Assembly (NCBI RefSeq): GCF_004010195.1 | Contig: NC_057759.1 | Span: 2,601,679-2,665,678 of the forward strand | Direction of reading: 5' to 3' | DNA length: 64,000 bases | DNA from: Chiloscyllium plagiosum | Taxonomy: Eukaryota | Translations under genes and position numbers: made by a program | The notes under the pieces: model-generated | Seen by the model: the letters and a program-made list of their open reading frames with translations, nothing else | Told to the model about the DNA's origin: nothing | Databases searched by the model: none | Part shown: one piece after another, positions 51,755 to 64,000 of the stretch | How positions within the stretch are numbered: the first letter of the stretch is position 1 | How the letters are laid out: each line of letters begins with the position of its first letter

Positions 51755-52845
51755 CTCGTTGGTAAGTTGGATACAATATTTTCTTGGCGATTATAGACAG
51801 AGGCCTGTGCAGTGGTCAATTTCTGATTGGACGTCTGTGGCCAATGCTGTTTCACAAGGATCAGTGCTACGATGGCTATGTGTAATTTATATCTGTGATT
51901 CAGATGAAAAGGTCAGCAGTTTGATTAGTATTTTGCAGACGGCAGTTGGAAAGGCATGTAATGATTAGGGATAGTTAGGGGAATTGTGGATAGTGAGGAA
52001 GAGTGTTAAACGTTTTAGCACTATGTAGATCAGCTGTAACGCTGGACAGAGAGATCGCAAATCGAATTTCATAGGGACAAGTGTGAAGTGATGCATTTAT
52101 GAAGTCAAATGGAAGAGAGAAGAGCACTAATTGACTAATTGGAAACATTGATAAACAGATGACCTTGGATGCAAATCTGTAGCTCCCTCAAAATAACAAC
52201 ACAGTAGGATGTGGTGGTAAAGGAGGAGTATGGTATGCTTACCTTCATTGGTCACAGTATTGAGTACAAACGTTTGCATGTCATGTTGTGACTGAATGAA
52301 ACTTCAGCCACGTTTGGAATGTTGCGTGTCGTTCTCACTGCCACACTACAGAAAGGATGTGGAGGCTTTGGGGAGATTGAAACAGAAGGTTGGCAGAATG
52401 TTGCCTGGATGAGAATGTATTTACTGTCAGGAGGTTTGACGCAATTGGATTGTTTTGCGTGAGTATCGGAGACTGAGGGTTGACCTGGTACAGGTATATA
52501 GCATTAGGAGAGGCGTGAATACTGTGTGTAGTTGGAATCCTTCTTCCAATGTAGAAATATCAAATACTAGGGCGCATCTGTTTAAGGTGAGCGTGAGAAG
52601 TTTCAAGTGAGATGAATGAGGCCAGGTTTGTTTCCCAAGAGGGTGGAAGCTGCTCAGGTGGTGGGAGAGGTGGCAATGACAGCAAAGTTTTGAAGTGGCA
52701 TTTAGACAGACACATGAACAGGCAGAGAATAGTGGGATATCGCTCATGTGCAGGCAGATGGGATTAGTTTAGAATAGCATCATGGTCAGCACAGCCATGG
52801 TGGGCCGAAGGGCCTATTATTCTGCTGTACTATTCTAGTTTCTAA
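51755..52845 (+). mobile_element. Old CR1 RT-to-3'-tail fragment
   Basis: WIQYFL..RQR...VSQGSVL; ends ggtgggccgaagggcctattattctgctgtactattctag. Confidence 0.82.
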
Positions 52846-53489
52846 CTTCACGGCATCCACCCTGTCAAAGCCCCTCAGAATCCTGGATGTTTCATTAAAT
52901 TTCTCTCCTATTCTTCAAAACCCCAATAGGTTCAAGGTCAATCTACTCCACCTCTTCTCATTGGAAAGTCTTGCCATCTCCAGAATCAGCCGAGTGAACC
53001 TTCTCTGGCCTGTCTCTAATACAAGAATGTCTTTCCTTACGGCACTCATACTGTTCATTATAATCTAGGTGTGGTCTGACTTGTACCTTGCATCGTTTTA
53101 GCAAGTCCTCCCTATTTTTAGACTCCATTCCCTTTGCCTTCTCGATTACCTGCTGATCCTGTAAGCTAACTGTTTCAGATTGATACACAAGGATTCCCAA
53201 AATCCTATGTGCATTGAATCTGAACCAAACGGTGTTAGTCTGACAGTAATTCGGGAACGTGCTGGAATGTGTTTTAAAGGATATGACAATAAATGATAAC
53301 TGGATGATTAGAAACAATGGGAGATGTATGATTTTATAAAAGGGGAATATTTTTAAATCTGTTGGATTCTATATATTGGTGTGACCATAAATGCAGAACA
53401 GATAAGGCTGGGGGAGGCTAGTTGCGGTAGAGGGATATTTGAAATTTCTGAAGCATTTTGACAAGTTTCAACCAGGGCTAAAAATTAGC

Positions 53490-54060
53490 TCGGGAGAGAA
53501 TAGGGCCCCTGAAAGGTCAATGAGGCTGTTTGTGTGGAATCACTGCTGATGGGGGAGATACTGAACAAATATTTTGCGTTAGGAATTACTGTGGAGAAAC
53601 ATATGGAAGCTCGGGAACTTAGGAAAATACATAGTTATGTCTTGAAAAGAGTGCACATTGGAGAACAGGAGGTGCTGGATGTGTTAAAATGCAAAAAGTT
53701 AGATAAAACCTTGGGACATGGTCAGATGTACCCGAGCGCCTTGTGAGAAGCGAGGGAGGAAATTACAGGGCCCCTTCCAGAGATATTTGTATCATCGACA
53801 ACTAGTACGGACCAGTGAGACTGATGGCAGGGTGGTAAGTTGTTGGAGGAGATTCTGAGAGAAACAATCATCGTGCATTTGGAAAGGTACGGACAGATTA
53901 ATGATCGTCAGCATGGCTTTGTGCATGGTAAATCATGCCTCAGAAGTGAGTGTGGAGGTAGACACGTGAGAAGTCAAAGCAGAGCAGTACACGATGTCCA
54001 CATGAACTTTAGCAAGGAATTTGACAAGGATCTGCATGACAGACTGGTTAGATCAGGGAA
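53490..54060 (+). mobile_element. Decayed CR1 ORF2 fragment
   Basis: MGEILNKYFAL..., QHGFVHGKSCL and MNFSKEFDK. Confidence 0.82.
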
Positions 54061-54672
54061 TTGATCGGTTTTTTTCCATCTCTTAATCAAATCGGCCAAG
54101 ACCGTCTGAAGTGGGAAGGAGCATTGGGAAGGTGTCGAGCACCTCGAGACTTTCTGTGGGGAAAACGGGAATCCAGGAGAAAACAGCACAAGGAGCGCGC
54201 TGTCATATCAACGCCCCACCCACCCCCTTTCCATGGCCACCTTCTGCCTCAAGTGTAACAGAGTCTGTGGAAGGCCACATCGGTCTGTACAGTCAACTCC
54301 AGACTCCCCCACCCTCACTGAGAGTGGGAGAGAGTCAGCCTCATCTGTGAGCCACTGCCAAAGAGACGATGAGATAGGAAGGTTGAATCCCCTCACAATT
54401 ATCCCAGTGCCTTTGTTATAAATTCAAACAATTCCCTGTTAATGCAGTGTCTAATAATGTGCTATCACTCAGTATCTCTCCATGTGGCATCCCTCGCTGT
54501 GTCGGTCTATTTACTGCCTCTGTCAACAGAATTGTCCACTCCAGAGAGATGCAGCAGCAAGGGATGGAGACTGGGATTATGGAGATCTCTGCTGGACTCA
54601 GTGCCACTCTGCATGTGTTATCCTCATTGCCTCAGTCTAATTTCCCATTCTGTCTATTTCTGTCTCATGCAG

Positions 54673-54784
54673 GTCATCAGGATGTTCCTAACTCCTGTCT
54701 CATCCATCATCTCATTGAAACTGGTTGGTCAGCCAGAGAGAGATGGAGAGGGAGATCTGGAGCCTTCAGTAAATCCTGCAGCCG
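54673..54784 (+). other. Exon-like cassette, copy 4
   Basis: tatttctgtctcatgcag|gtcatcagg...aaatcctgcagccg|gtaagat. Confidence 0.35.
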
Positions 54785-55093
54785 GTAAGATCGCTCACAG
54801 TAAACAGCACAGGGTGGAGGTAGTAGACTTCTACATTCAGACCTGGAAGACCGGACATAGCCACAGATCTGGGCAAGGAACAGCAACATTCTAGGCTTCA
54901 TTCCAACCATCTTGTGACGGTCCTGCTTTCACCTCTTCTGTACTGGTCCTCAATGTGACAGCACAGGCAGGTATCGCAGACAGCGGATCGCAGGCATCAA
55001 TCCTGGCCCATGCTGTGTTCGTGATCTCTGTAGTATTCTCCAGTCCCGATAATCCTTCCTCTGTTTGGAATCTCCTCTAGTCCACATCATTCT

Positions 55094-55124
55094 CTCTGTC
55101 TCTGTCTCTGTCTCTGTCTCTGTC
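55094..55124. repeat. (GTCTCT)n hexamer microsatellite
   Basis: Seen directly. Confidence 0.9.
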
Positions 55125-56464
55125 AGGTTCTCCAGTCCCTAACACCCTAATCCCTAAACGTCTGCAGTAGATATTAAATTCTTTCATCCCTGTAAACCCT
55201 GATAGCCCTGTCTATCCCTGTAAGCTTCACCCACCAATAGCACCCTCCATGTCAATGTATTTGTCTTTAACCTCTCCATCCGTCCCTACCTATGTAATCT
55301 TCTCCAGCTCCTACAACCCTTCCTTAGCTGTGAAAAATTTGTAATCGCCTTATACTTCTCCAATTCTTTGATCTTTATCTTGTTAAATTTCACTCTCATT
55401 CCCGACACCATACCCCTCGCGACCACAGGAACCTCTTTCAGTTTGTGCAACCCTCCCCATTTGTGTAACTGTCTCCAACCCAGTAACATGGCATTCTCCA
55501 ATTCCTTCCTATCTCTGTAGCCTCCAGAGTCTAGAAGCCTTCTTATATCTATAAATGTCTTCAGTCACGACAACCTTCCATATCTCTGCTAGTATACACA
55601 ATAATCTCCTAGATGAAACAGACCCGTAGGTGCTTTTCAATCAGCCTGCCTCTTCCTTTCTCCATCCCTATCTCTATCTCCAGAATCTAATCCAGCTCCC
55701 TCTATCTCTGTAAATTCCTCCAATCCCCAAACCCCTTTGTCCCGCTGACATTCTTGACCAGATGTAACTCTGTTTAACTCTAACATTCTTGTGTCCCTGT
55801 AAGCCTCCCTATCTCTGTAACCTCTATCCATCCGTTCAAACCCCACTACTGAGGAATAATTCCCTGTATTCACCATAAGGCAGATGGAATACAGTGAACA
55901 GATATGATAGAACTGTCATTCCGGAGATGTAGCTGCAGAATGTCCATCGCTGGGAAGTGAATACGGAAGGGTTGTTGGGATAAAGTAATAGAGTCAGAGA
56001 GATGTACAACATGGAAACCGACCCTTCCGTCCAACCCATCCATGCTGAGCAGATATTCCAACACAATCTAATCCCAATAGGCAGACTAGGCAAAAAAGCC
56101 AACAAGTTGTGAAGGAAGGATGAGGTTAATGCATTAATGAGACAGTCATGTGGATCTGAATATCAAAAGTGGAGCTGAGAATAAACAAGCAGAAGCAACC
56201 GTTAGCAGGAATTCATTTGTAGGCACCAAACAGTGATGGGAAGGTCAATATGGTTACAGTCAGGACAATGAATGTACTTATGGCAAGGGCAGTACAGGAA
56301 CTGTGTGTGACAGTGGTCTCCATGCCGACTGATACAGCAACGAGCCTGTTGGATTTAAATTGTTGGTGTGAATATAAATGGCAGAATAATAAGGGTATAG
56401 GAGGGGTGCAGTGGCATAGGAGATATGGTGTATTTGAATTATGAGAAACCTTTACGCAAGTTCC

Positions 56465-59220
56465 ATAAGGGCTAAAGAGTAACTTGGTAGAGAATAGGGC
56501 CCCTTAAAGATCAATAAGGTTACCCATGTGTGGAACCAGAGGAGAAGGGTGAGATATTAGAGAAAACAGTCTTGTCAGTATTTACTGTGGCGAAAGACAG
56601 AGAAGCTTGGGAACGTGGGGAAATAAATAAACGTGAGGACGTCTTGGAAAGAATCCTCACCAGAGAAGAGAAAGTGCTGGAACCTTACAACAAATGAAGG
56701 TAGATCAGTCTTCAGTAGCTCATTAGGTCGATCGTAGAATATTGTGGGAAGCTAGGGAAGAGATTGCAGTGTCCCTAACAGAGATATGTATATTCTCAAC
56801 AGACACAGTGAGATGTTGGAAGACTGGAGGTTGGCTAATGCTGTTCCATCACTGAAGGACTGCAGGAAAAAGCCGGGAAATTACAGCCCTGTGAGACCAG
56901 TGATGGGGAAGTTCTTGGAGGAGATTCTGAGAGAAAAGAGATCCTTACATTTACAAAGGCAAGGGCTGATTCGAGATGGTCAGCAGGGCTTTGTGAGTGG
57001 GAAACCACGTTTCACAAACCGGATTGACTCTTCGAGGAGGTGGCCAAAGATAGATGAAGGCAGAGCAGTCACCGTTGTCCACATGGACTTTAGCATGTAA
57101 TCAAGAAGAAGAAGGAAGCTTACTTAAGGTTGAGGAAGCAAGGATCAGACAGGGCTCCAGAGAGTTACATTGGATGGTACGGTGTCTCAGTGGTTAGCAC
57201 TGCTACCTCATGGCATCACGGACTCCATTTCGATTACAGCCTCAGGCGACTGTCTGTGGGGTGTTTGTGCATTCTCCCTGTGGGTTTCCTCCAAGTGCTC
57301 CGGTTGCCCCCCCACAGCCCAAAGATGTGCCAGTTTGGTGGCTTAGCCATGCTAAATTACCCATAATGTTCAGGGATGTGTAGGTTTGGTGCATTAATTG
57401 GTGCAAATGGAGAGTAATAGGGTGGGGGATTGGGACTGGGTTGGATACTGTTTGGAGGGTTGATATGGAGTTGTTGGACCAAATGGCCAGTTTCCACACT
57501 GTTGGGATTCTCTGAATGTACCAGGAAGGAACCGAGAGATGGACTTCGGGCAACTAGAAAGGGGCATGAAAAAGCATTGTTGGGAAGGATGAAGGAAAAC
57601 CATGAGGCATTCTCCACTTATGCGAGGAACAAGAGGATGTTCAGAGCGAGGATAGGGCCGGTCAGGGATAGTGGAAGGAACTTGTGCCTGGAGTCACAGG
57701 AGGGAGGGGAGGTCCTTAATGAATACTATGCCTCAGTATTCACTGCTGAGAAGGGTCTTGTCGTTTGCGAGGACAGCGTGAAACAGGCTGATGTACGTGA
57801 ACAGGTGAATGTTAAGAAGGAGGATGTGCTGAGAATTTTGTGAAAGATAAGAATAGATAAGTTGCTGAACCAGACTGGATGCGTCCAAAGTTACTACAGG
57901 AACCGAGGGAGTGGATTGCTGAGCACCTGGTGATGACCTTTGCAGTCTCACTGTCCCCTGGAGTCGGACCAGATGATTGGAGGCAGGAAAATATTATTCC
58001 CTTGTTCAGGAAAGGGAATAGGGATAATCCTGGGAATTGCACACGTGTCAGTCTTATGTCTGTGGTGTGCAGATTATTGGAGAGGACTCTGGGAGACAGG
58101 ATTTATTATTCCTTGGAAAACCATAATTTGATTAGAGATAGTCAGCATGGTTTTGTAAGGGGCAGGTTATGCCTTACAAGTCTTATTGAATCTTTTGAGA
58201 ATGTGACAAAACATCTTTATGGCTCATTCAGAAAGTACGGAGGCATGGGGTACAAGGAAATCTGTCTGTCTGGATACAGGATTACTGGCCCACTGAAGAC
58301 AGAGGGTGATGATCGATGGAAAGCATTCATCCTGGAGCTCAGTGACCAGTGGTTTTCTGCAGGGAGAGGTTACAGGACCTCTGCTCTTTGTGAGTTTATG
58401 AATGACTTGGATGTGTGATTGAAAGAGGGGTTAGTAAGTTTCCCAATGACACGAAGGTTGGTGGAGTGGTTGATAGTATGGAGGGCTGTTGTAGGTTGCA
58501 ACGGAACATTGACAGGATGCAGAGTTGGGCTGAGAAGTGGCAGATGGAGTTCAATCTGGGAAAAGTGTGAAGTCATTAATTTTGAAGTTTGAATTTGAAT
58601 GCAGAATACAGAGTTAAAGGCAGGATCTTTGATAGTGTGGAGGAACAGAGAGTGATCTTGGGTTTCAAGTCCCTCGATCCCTCAAAGTAGCCACCCAAGC
58701 TGATTGGCTTGTTAAGAAGGAATATATTGTGTGGGATTTCATTAGTTTGGGGATTGAGTTTTAAAGCTGTGAGGTTATGCTGCAGCTCTATAGAGCCCTA
58801 GTTCGACCCAATTGGAATATTGTGTTCAGTTTTGGTCCCTTCATTGCAGGAAGGATGTGGAAGCTGTACTGGAGAGCATGTTTTATGACGAAAGTATGGC
58901 GGAGCTAAGGCTTTTCTCATTGGAGTGAAGAAGGGTGAGGGGTGACTTGGCAGAGGTGAACAAGGTGATGAGAGTCATAGATAAAGTGAATAGAGAGAGA
59001 TATTTTTTACCCGCATATAAATAGTTATTACAAGGGGGTATAATTTTCTGGTGGTTAGTGGATGGTTAAGGGGAGATTTCAGAGGTAGGTTCGTTACATA
59101 CAGAGTGGTGACTGAGTGGAATGCACTGCCTGCGTTGCTGGTAAAATTAGATGTATCAGGGACATTTAATATACTTCTGGATAGGCACATGGATGATAAT
59201 AAAATGAAGGGTATGGAAGT
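56465..59220 (+). mobile_element. Decayed CR1 ORF2 fragments, interrupted by a SINE at ~57172-57515
   Basis: DWRLANAVP, LNEYYASVFT, DWRQENIIPLFRKGNRDNPGN...QHGFVRGRLCLTSLIESFE and FVTYRVVTEWNALP. Confidence 0.88.
57172..57515 (+). mobile_element. Degenerate full-length HE1/V-SINE-like SINE
   Basis: ggtacggtgtctcagtggttagcactgctacctca ... ttgttggaccaaatggccagtttccacactgttgggattctctga. Confidence 0.85.
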
Positions 59221-59222
59221 TC

Positions 59223-60042
59223 GAGTCATAGAGATGTACAACATGGAAACAGACACTACAGTCCAACCTGTCCATGCCAACCAGGCATCCCAACCCAATC
59301 TAGTCTCACCTGCCAGCACCCGGTCCATATCCCTCCAAACCTCTATTATTCATACACCCATCCAAATACCTCTTAAATGTTGCAATTGTACCAGTCTCCA
59401 CCACATCCTCTGGCAGCTCATTCCATACACATATCACGTCTGCATGAAAAAGTTGCCCCTTAGGTCTCTTTTATATCTTTCCCCTTTCATCCATAACCTA
59501 TGCCCTTTAGTTCTGGACCCCCCAACCCCAGGGAAAAGACTTTGTCTATTTATCCTAACCATGCCCCTCATAATTTTGTAAAACTCTATAATGTCACCCC
59601 TTGGCCTCCGATGTTCCAGGGAAAACAGCCCCAGCCTGTTCGGCCTCTCCCTGTAGCTCAAACCCTCCAGCCCTGGCAACATCCTTGTTAATCGTTTCTG
59701 AACCCTTTCAAGTTTAACTCCATCCTTCCGATAGGAAGGAAACCAAAATTGCACGCAATATTACAACAGTGGCCTAACCAATGTGTTGTACTATCGCAAC
59801 ATGATCTCCCAACTCCTGTACTCAATACTCTGACCAATAAACGAAAGCATACCAAGCGCCTTCTTCATTATCCTATCTATCTGCGACTCCACTTTCAAAG
59901 TGCTATGAACCTGCACCTCAAGGTCTCTTGATTCAGCAACACTCCCTACGACCTTACCATTAAGTGTATAAGTCCTGTTAAGATTTGCTTTCCCAAAATG
60001 CAGCACCTCGAATTTATCTGAATTAAACTCTATCTGCCACTT
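59223..60042 (-). mobile_element. 5'-truncated CR1 LINE, copy-specific insertion
   Basis: QFWFPSYRKDGVKLERVQKRLTRMLPGLEGLSYRER; absent at the paralogous junctions (~22020 and ~36120). Confidence 0.9.
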
Positions 60043-61197
60043 TTATTTTTGATCTTACGATCGGATAAAAGATTGGCATATCATCATGGCCGAAGGGTCT
60101 TGTTCTGTACTGTTCTGTGTTCTACATGTCGTATGGTAAACTGGGTAATAAGCTCAGATCAGTGTAAAAGGTTATGGCATTCAGGAGGAGCTAGTCAACT
60201 GGACAGAAAATAGGGCTTGATGGTAGGAGACAGAGGGTGGTGGGGGACATGCTGTTTTTCTGACTGGAGACATGAGACCAGCGGTGTAGTGGTCCACTGT
60301 TATTTGTCATTTGGATAAATGGTTTGGATGGGAATATTGTTAAGTAAGTTTTTTGGGTGTCACTGAAATTGGTGGTAAACTGGACAGTGATGAAGGTTAT
60401 CTGTGATACAACAGGATGAACAGTACTGGTGGGATAGTGGGCTGAAGAATAGCAGATGGAGTTTAATTAGATAAATGCGAAGTGTTCCATTTTGGTGAAA
60501 AAAAAACAGTGTGGGACTTGTACTGTTAATGTTCGGGCACTGGGAATGTTGTCAGTCAGAAACCCAGAGATGCAGGTACCCAGTTCTTTGAAAGTGGTGT
60601 CACAGGTAGACAGGCTGGTGAAGCTGGCATTTGGGATGGTTTCCTTCATTGGGCAGAGCATTGAGAGTAGGAGTTGGGATGTCATGTTGTATCTGTGCAA
60701 GACACTGGTCAGGTCACCATAACGGCGTTGTTGATCAGTGGGAAGAACTCATCTGGTTCACTGACCTCCTTTTGTGTAGACCATCTGACATTCTAGCCTT
60801 GCCTGGATAACATGTGAATCCAGACCCATTGCAATATGGCTAACTCTGAGCTGTCCTCTGGGTAATGAGCAGTGATACCCACATACCAGGAATGAATAAA
60901 TAAAAATACATATGTCCCTCTCTACCTCTGCAAACCCCTCCAGCTGCAGCAATCTGTACTGGTTTTGTAACATCGTTCAGACCCTGACCACTCTCTATAA
61001 CACTCTTAACACCTCTGGCACCTTCACCTCTCCCTGTTCCTTTTGTGACATTAAATCCTGACACTGATTCCCCTTCCCACTGCCCAACTCCTGCTAGCAG
61101 AACCTTTGCAAGCACTTTAACACTGACTCCTAAAACACTCTCTCACTTCAGGATTTTAAGTCCTTTTTGGTGATCTTCTCAGCCTCATAATCTAATA

Positions 61198-62803
61198 GAA
61201 CATAGAACATAGAATAATACAGCACAGAACAGGCCCTTCGGCCCACGATGTTGTGCCGAACATTTGTCCTAGCTTAAGCACCCATCCATGTACCTATCCA
61301 ATTGCTGCTTAAAGGTCACCAAAGATTCTGACTCTACCACTCCCACAGGCAGTGCATTCCTTGCCCCCACCACTCTCTGGGTAAAGAACCCACCCCTGAC
61401 ATCTTCCCTATACCTTCCACCCTTCACCTTAAATTTATGTCCCGTTGTAACACTCTGTTGTACCCGGGGAAAAAGTTTCTGACTGTCTACTCTATCTATT
61501 CCTCTGATCATCTTATAAACCTCTATCAAGTCACCCCTCATCCTTCGCCGTTCCAACGAGAAAAGGCCTAGCACTCTCAAACTTTCCTCGTCCGACCTAT
61601 TCTCCATTCCAGGCAACATCATGGTAAATCTTCTCTGCACCATCTCCAAAGCTTCCACATCTTTCCTAAAGTGAGACGACCAGAACTGCACACAGTACTC
61701 CAAATGTGGCCTAACCAAAGTCCTGTACAGTTGCAACATCACTTCACGACTCTTGAATTAAATCCCTCTGCTAATGAACGCTAATACAGCATAAGCCTTC
61801 TTACAACCTCTATCCACCTGAGTGGCAACTTTGAAAGACCTATGAACATAGACCCCAAGATCCCTCTGTTCCTCCACCTCACTAAGAACCCTACCGTTAA
61901 CCCTGTATTCCGCATTCTTATTTGTCTTTCCAAAATGGACAACCTCACACTTGGCAGGGTTGAACTCCATCTGCCGCTCCTCAGCCCAGCTCTGCATCAT
62001 ATCCAAGTCCCTCCTCACTATCCACAACTCCACCAATCTTCGTATCATCTGCAAATTTACTGACTTCGAATCCCTCTTCCAAGTCATTAATAAAAATTAC
62101 GAACAGCAGAGGACCCAGAACTGATCCCTGCGGAACTCTACTTGCAACTGGGCTCCAGGCTGAATATTTACCATCTACCACCACTCTCAGACTTCGACCG
62201 GTTATCCAGTTTTCGATCGAATTGGCCAAATTTCCCTCTATCCCATGCCTCCTGACTTTCCGCATAAGCCTACCATGGGGAACCGTATCAAATGCCTTAC
62301 TAAAATCCATGTATACTACATCCACTGCTCTACCCTCATCCACATGCTTCATCACCTCCTCAAAGAATTCAATCAGACTTGTAAGGCAAGACCTACCCTT
62401 CACAAATCCGTGCTGGCTGTCCCTAATCAAGCAGTGCCTTTCCAGATAATCATAAATCCTATCACTCAGTACCTTTTCCATTACTTTACTTACCACCGAA
62501 GTAAGACTAACTGGCCTGTAATTCTCTGGGTTATCCATATTCCCTTTTTTGAACAGGGGCACAACATTCGCCACTCTCCAGTCCCCTGGTACCGCCCGCG
62601 TTGACAGTGAAGATGAAAAGATCATTGCCAACGGTACTGCAATTTCCACTCTTGCTTCCCACATAATCCCAGGATATATCCCATCAGGCCCGGGGGACTT
62701 GTCTATCCTCAAGTTGTTCAAAATGTCCAACACATCTTCCTTCCTAACATGTATCTCCTCTAGCTTACCAGTCCGTTTCACACTCTCCTCTTCAACAATA
62801 CGG
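61198..62803 (-). mobile_element. Young 5'-truncated CR1 LINE with (TTCTATG)n tail and a probable TAATA target duplication
   Basis: ORFs 61981..62781, 61758..62087 and 61269..61742 carry near-intact RT motifs ([47 protein letters not shown]). The flanks read tctaata|gaacatagaacatag ... cgg|taatatgat, versus the empty site tctaatatgat at ~37300. Confidence 0.95.
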
Positions 62804-63081
62804 TAATATGATATATTTTGTCCTGAGTGAGGGGCCGGTGGGAATTTCTTGCTGAGGTTTTGTCTGTTTCAGTGGAATGTTCTTTTGTTGAGTGATTTAC
62901 ACTGTCCTTTCAAATGTTTTCCACTGTTCTTATACAGGCACATATTTCAGTTTGTTTCGCCTCTTTACCTTGGTCAGTTCTCATCTCAAACCCATGTCAT
63001 TCTTTTCTCGTTGTAGCGTGTCCTTTCTGTGATTCACTTTAAAACTTTAAACTTCTTTAAACTGCACTTTATCACAATTTC

Positions 63082-63213
63082 ACTTGGATATGATGCAGAG
63101 CTGGGCTGAGGAGCGGCAGATGGAGTTCAACCCTGCCAAGTGTGAGGTTGTCCATTTTGGAAAGACAAATAAGAATGCTGAATACAGGGTTAACGGTAGG
63201 GTTCTTAGTGAGG
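63082..63213 (+). repeat. 132-bp inverted copy of 61877-62008
   Basis: Reverse complement of the neighbouring CR1 segment, with one mismatch found by eye (aagaatgctgaa vs aagaatgcggaa). Confidence 0.92.
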
Positions 63214-63664
63214 ATCTCTCCAGGTGGCATTACTCATTCACTAAGTTTGATCACAAAACGATCACTCTGAGATAGTTATGTCCCTAGCCAGTTGCACAAT
63301 TTGTTATTCCAAGAAACACTGAAAAACAAATTCTCTGAACTACTCTTCCAATATCACTGTTGTCAGTGTGACTGTCCCAGATTATGGGAATATTGAAGTT
63401 TCCCAAAATTATCACAAAATGTTTGTTAACATTTCCAATGAGTTCCTGTTTAATGCAGAAATGAGCAATGGAATGTTGTTCGGTGGCTAAAACTGTTCTG
63501 CTGCTTGTGTCCTTGGCAAGTAGTAGCCAGAATTTACATTCAGACTGACTCTACTTCATGATGTGAGGTCAAATGATTTCTCTGTACTGCCTTTGTTATC
63601 CATTATTGTTAGCGTTACCCATTTTGCCTGAGTTTCCACAAGGTTGTAATCCATTGAATATTTA

Positions 63665-64000
63665 TGTTATCCTCTCAGGTCCCTGCAACACTCCCGATCT
63701 GTAGATCCCACTCCAATGCCTGTGCCTCTCCCGATCCTGTTCCTACAAAACTCATTAACAATGTAACATCCTCCCGTCACTGTCACCCACCCTGTCAATG
63801 TAAGCTCCTCCTGTATCTCCAAACATTTACTCATCTCCATAACCTTCTCCAGCTCTTACCCCCATCTATGTAAACATCACTCTCCACTCGAACCCTCCCT
63901 ACCGCAAGAACTTCCTTCTGTTTGTGCTATGCTCCCTTATCTGTGAAACTGTCTCCAACCAAACTTGCTACCCAATCTCTCATAAAAAGGATCCAGACTC
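63665..64000. repeat. Close paralogue of 19722-20058 (minisatellite block)
   Basis: tgttatcctctca.gtccctgcaacactcccgatctgtagatcccactccaatgcc... is collinear at an offset of about 43.9 kb. Confidence 0.92.

Noticed and set aside
61269..62781. Functional or domesticated reverse transcriptase gene
   Set aside because: 5'-truncated, split across three ORFs by frameshifts, and ends in an ordinary CR1 tail.
18340..64000. Uni-strand piRNA cluster (flamenco-like)
   Set aside because: TE fragments occur in both orientations without a clear strand bias; this cannot be supported without small-RNA data.

Overview
Eukaryotic, repeat-saturated, heterochromatin-like DNA, almost certainly from a shark. The evidence is HE1/V-SINE, CR1 (HER1-like) LINE, SacSINE1-like SINE and Penelope-like element signatures, recognised by eye and not by database search. 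1-17349 is a degenerate 28-bp tandem satellite with higher-order duplications, two SINE insertions and one LINE fragment. 17350-18340 is an unrelated AT-rich 27-bp satellite. 18340-64000 is a mosaic of diverged, rearranged multi-kb segmental paralogues built from CR1 fossils, SINEs and a C/T-rich 36-37-bp minisatellite. Younger insertions include a frameshifted Penelope-like element (RT + GIY-YIG + hammerhead core), a second PLE terminus, several CR1 copies and a Gmr1-like Gypsy gag fragment. A 21-N assembly gap lies at 28670-28690. I find no intact host protein-coding gene; the ORF track is explained by satellite and TE sequence. I cannot support a genuinely new biological system. The most notable observations are three short locally templated (template-switch-like) insertions, a four-copy exon-like cassette with splice signals, a minisatellite apparently born from an L2 LINE coding segment, and two decayed hammerhead ribozyme cores. 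Boundaries of old elements are approximate.
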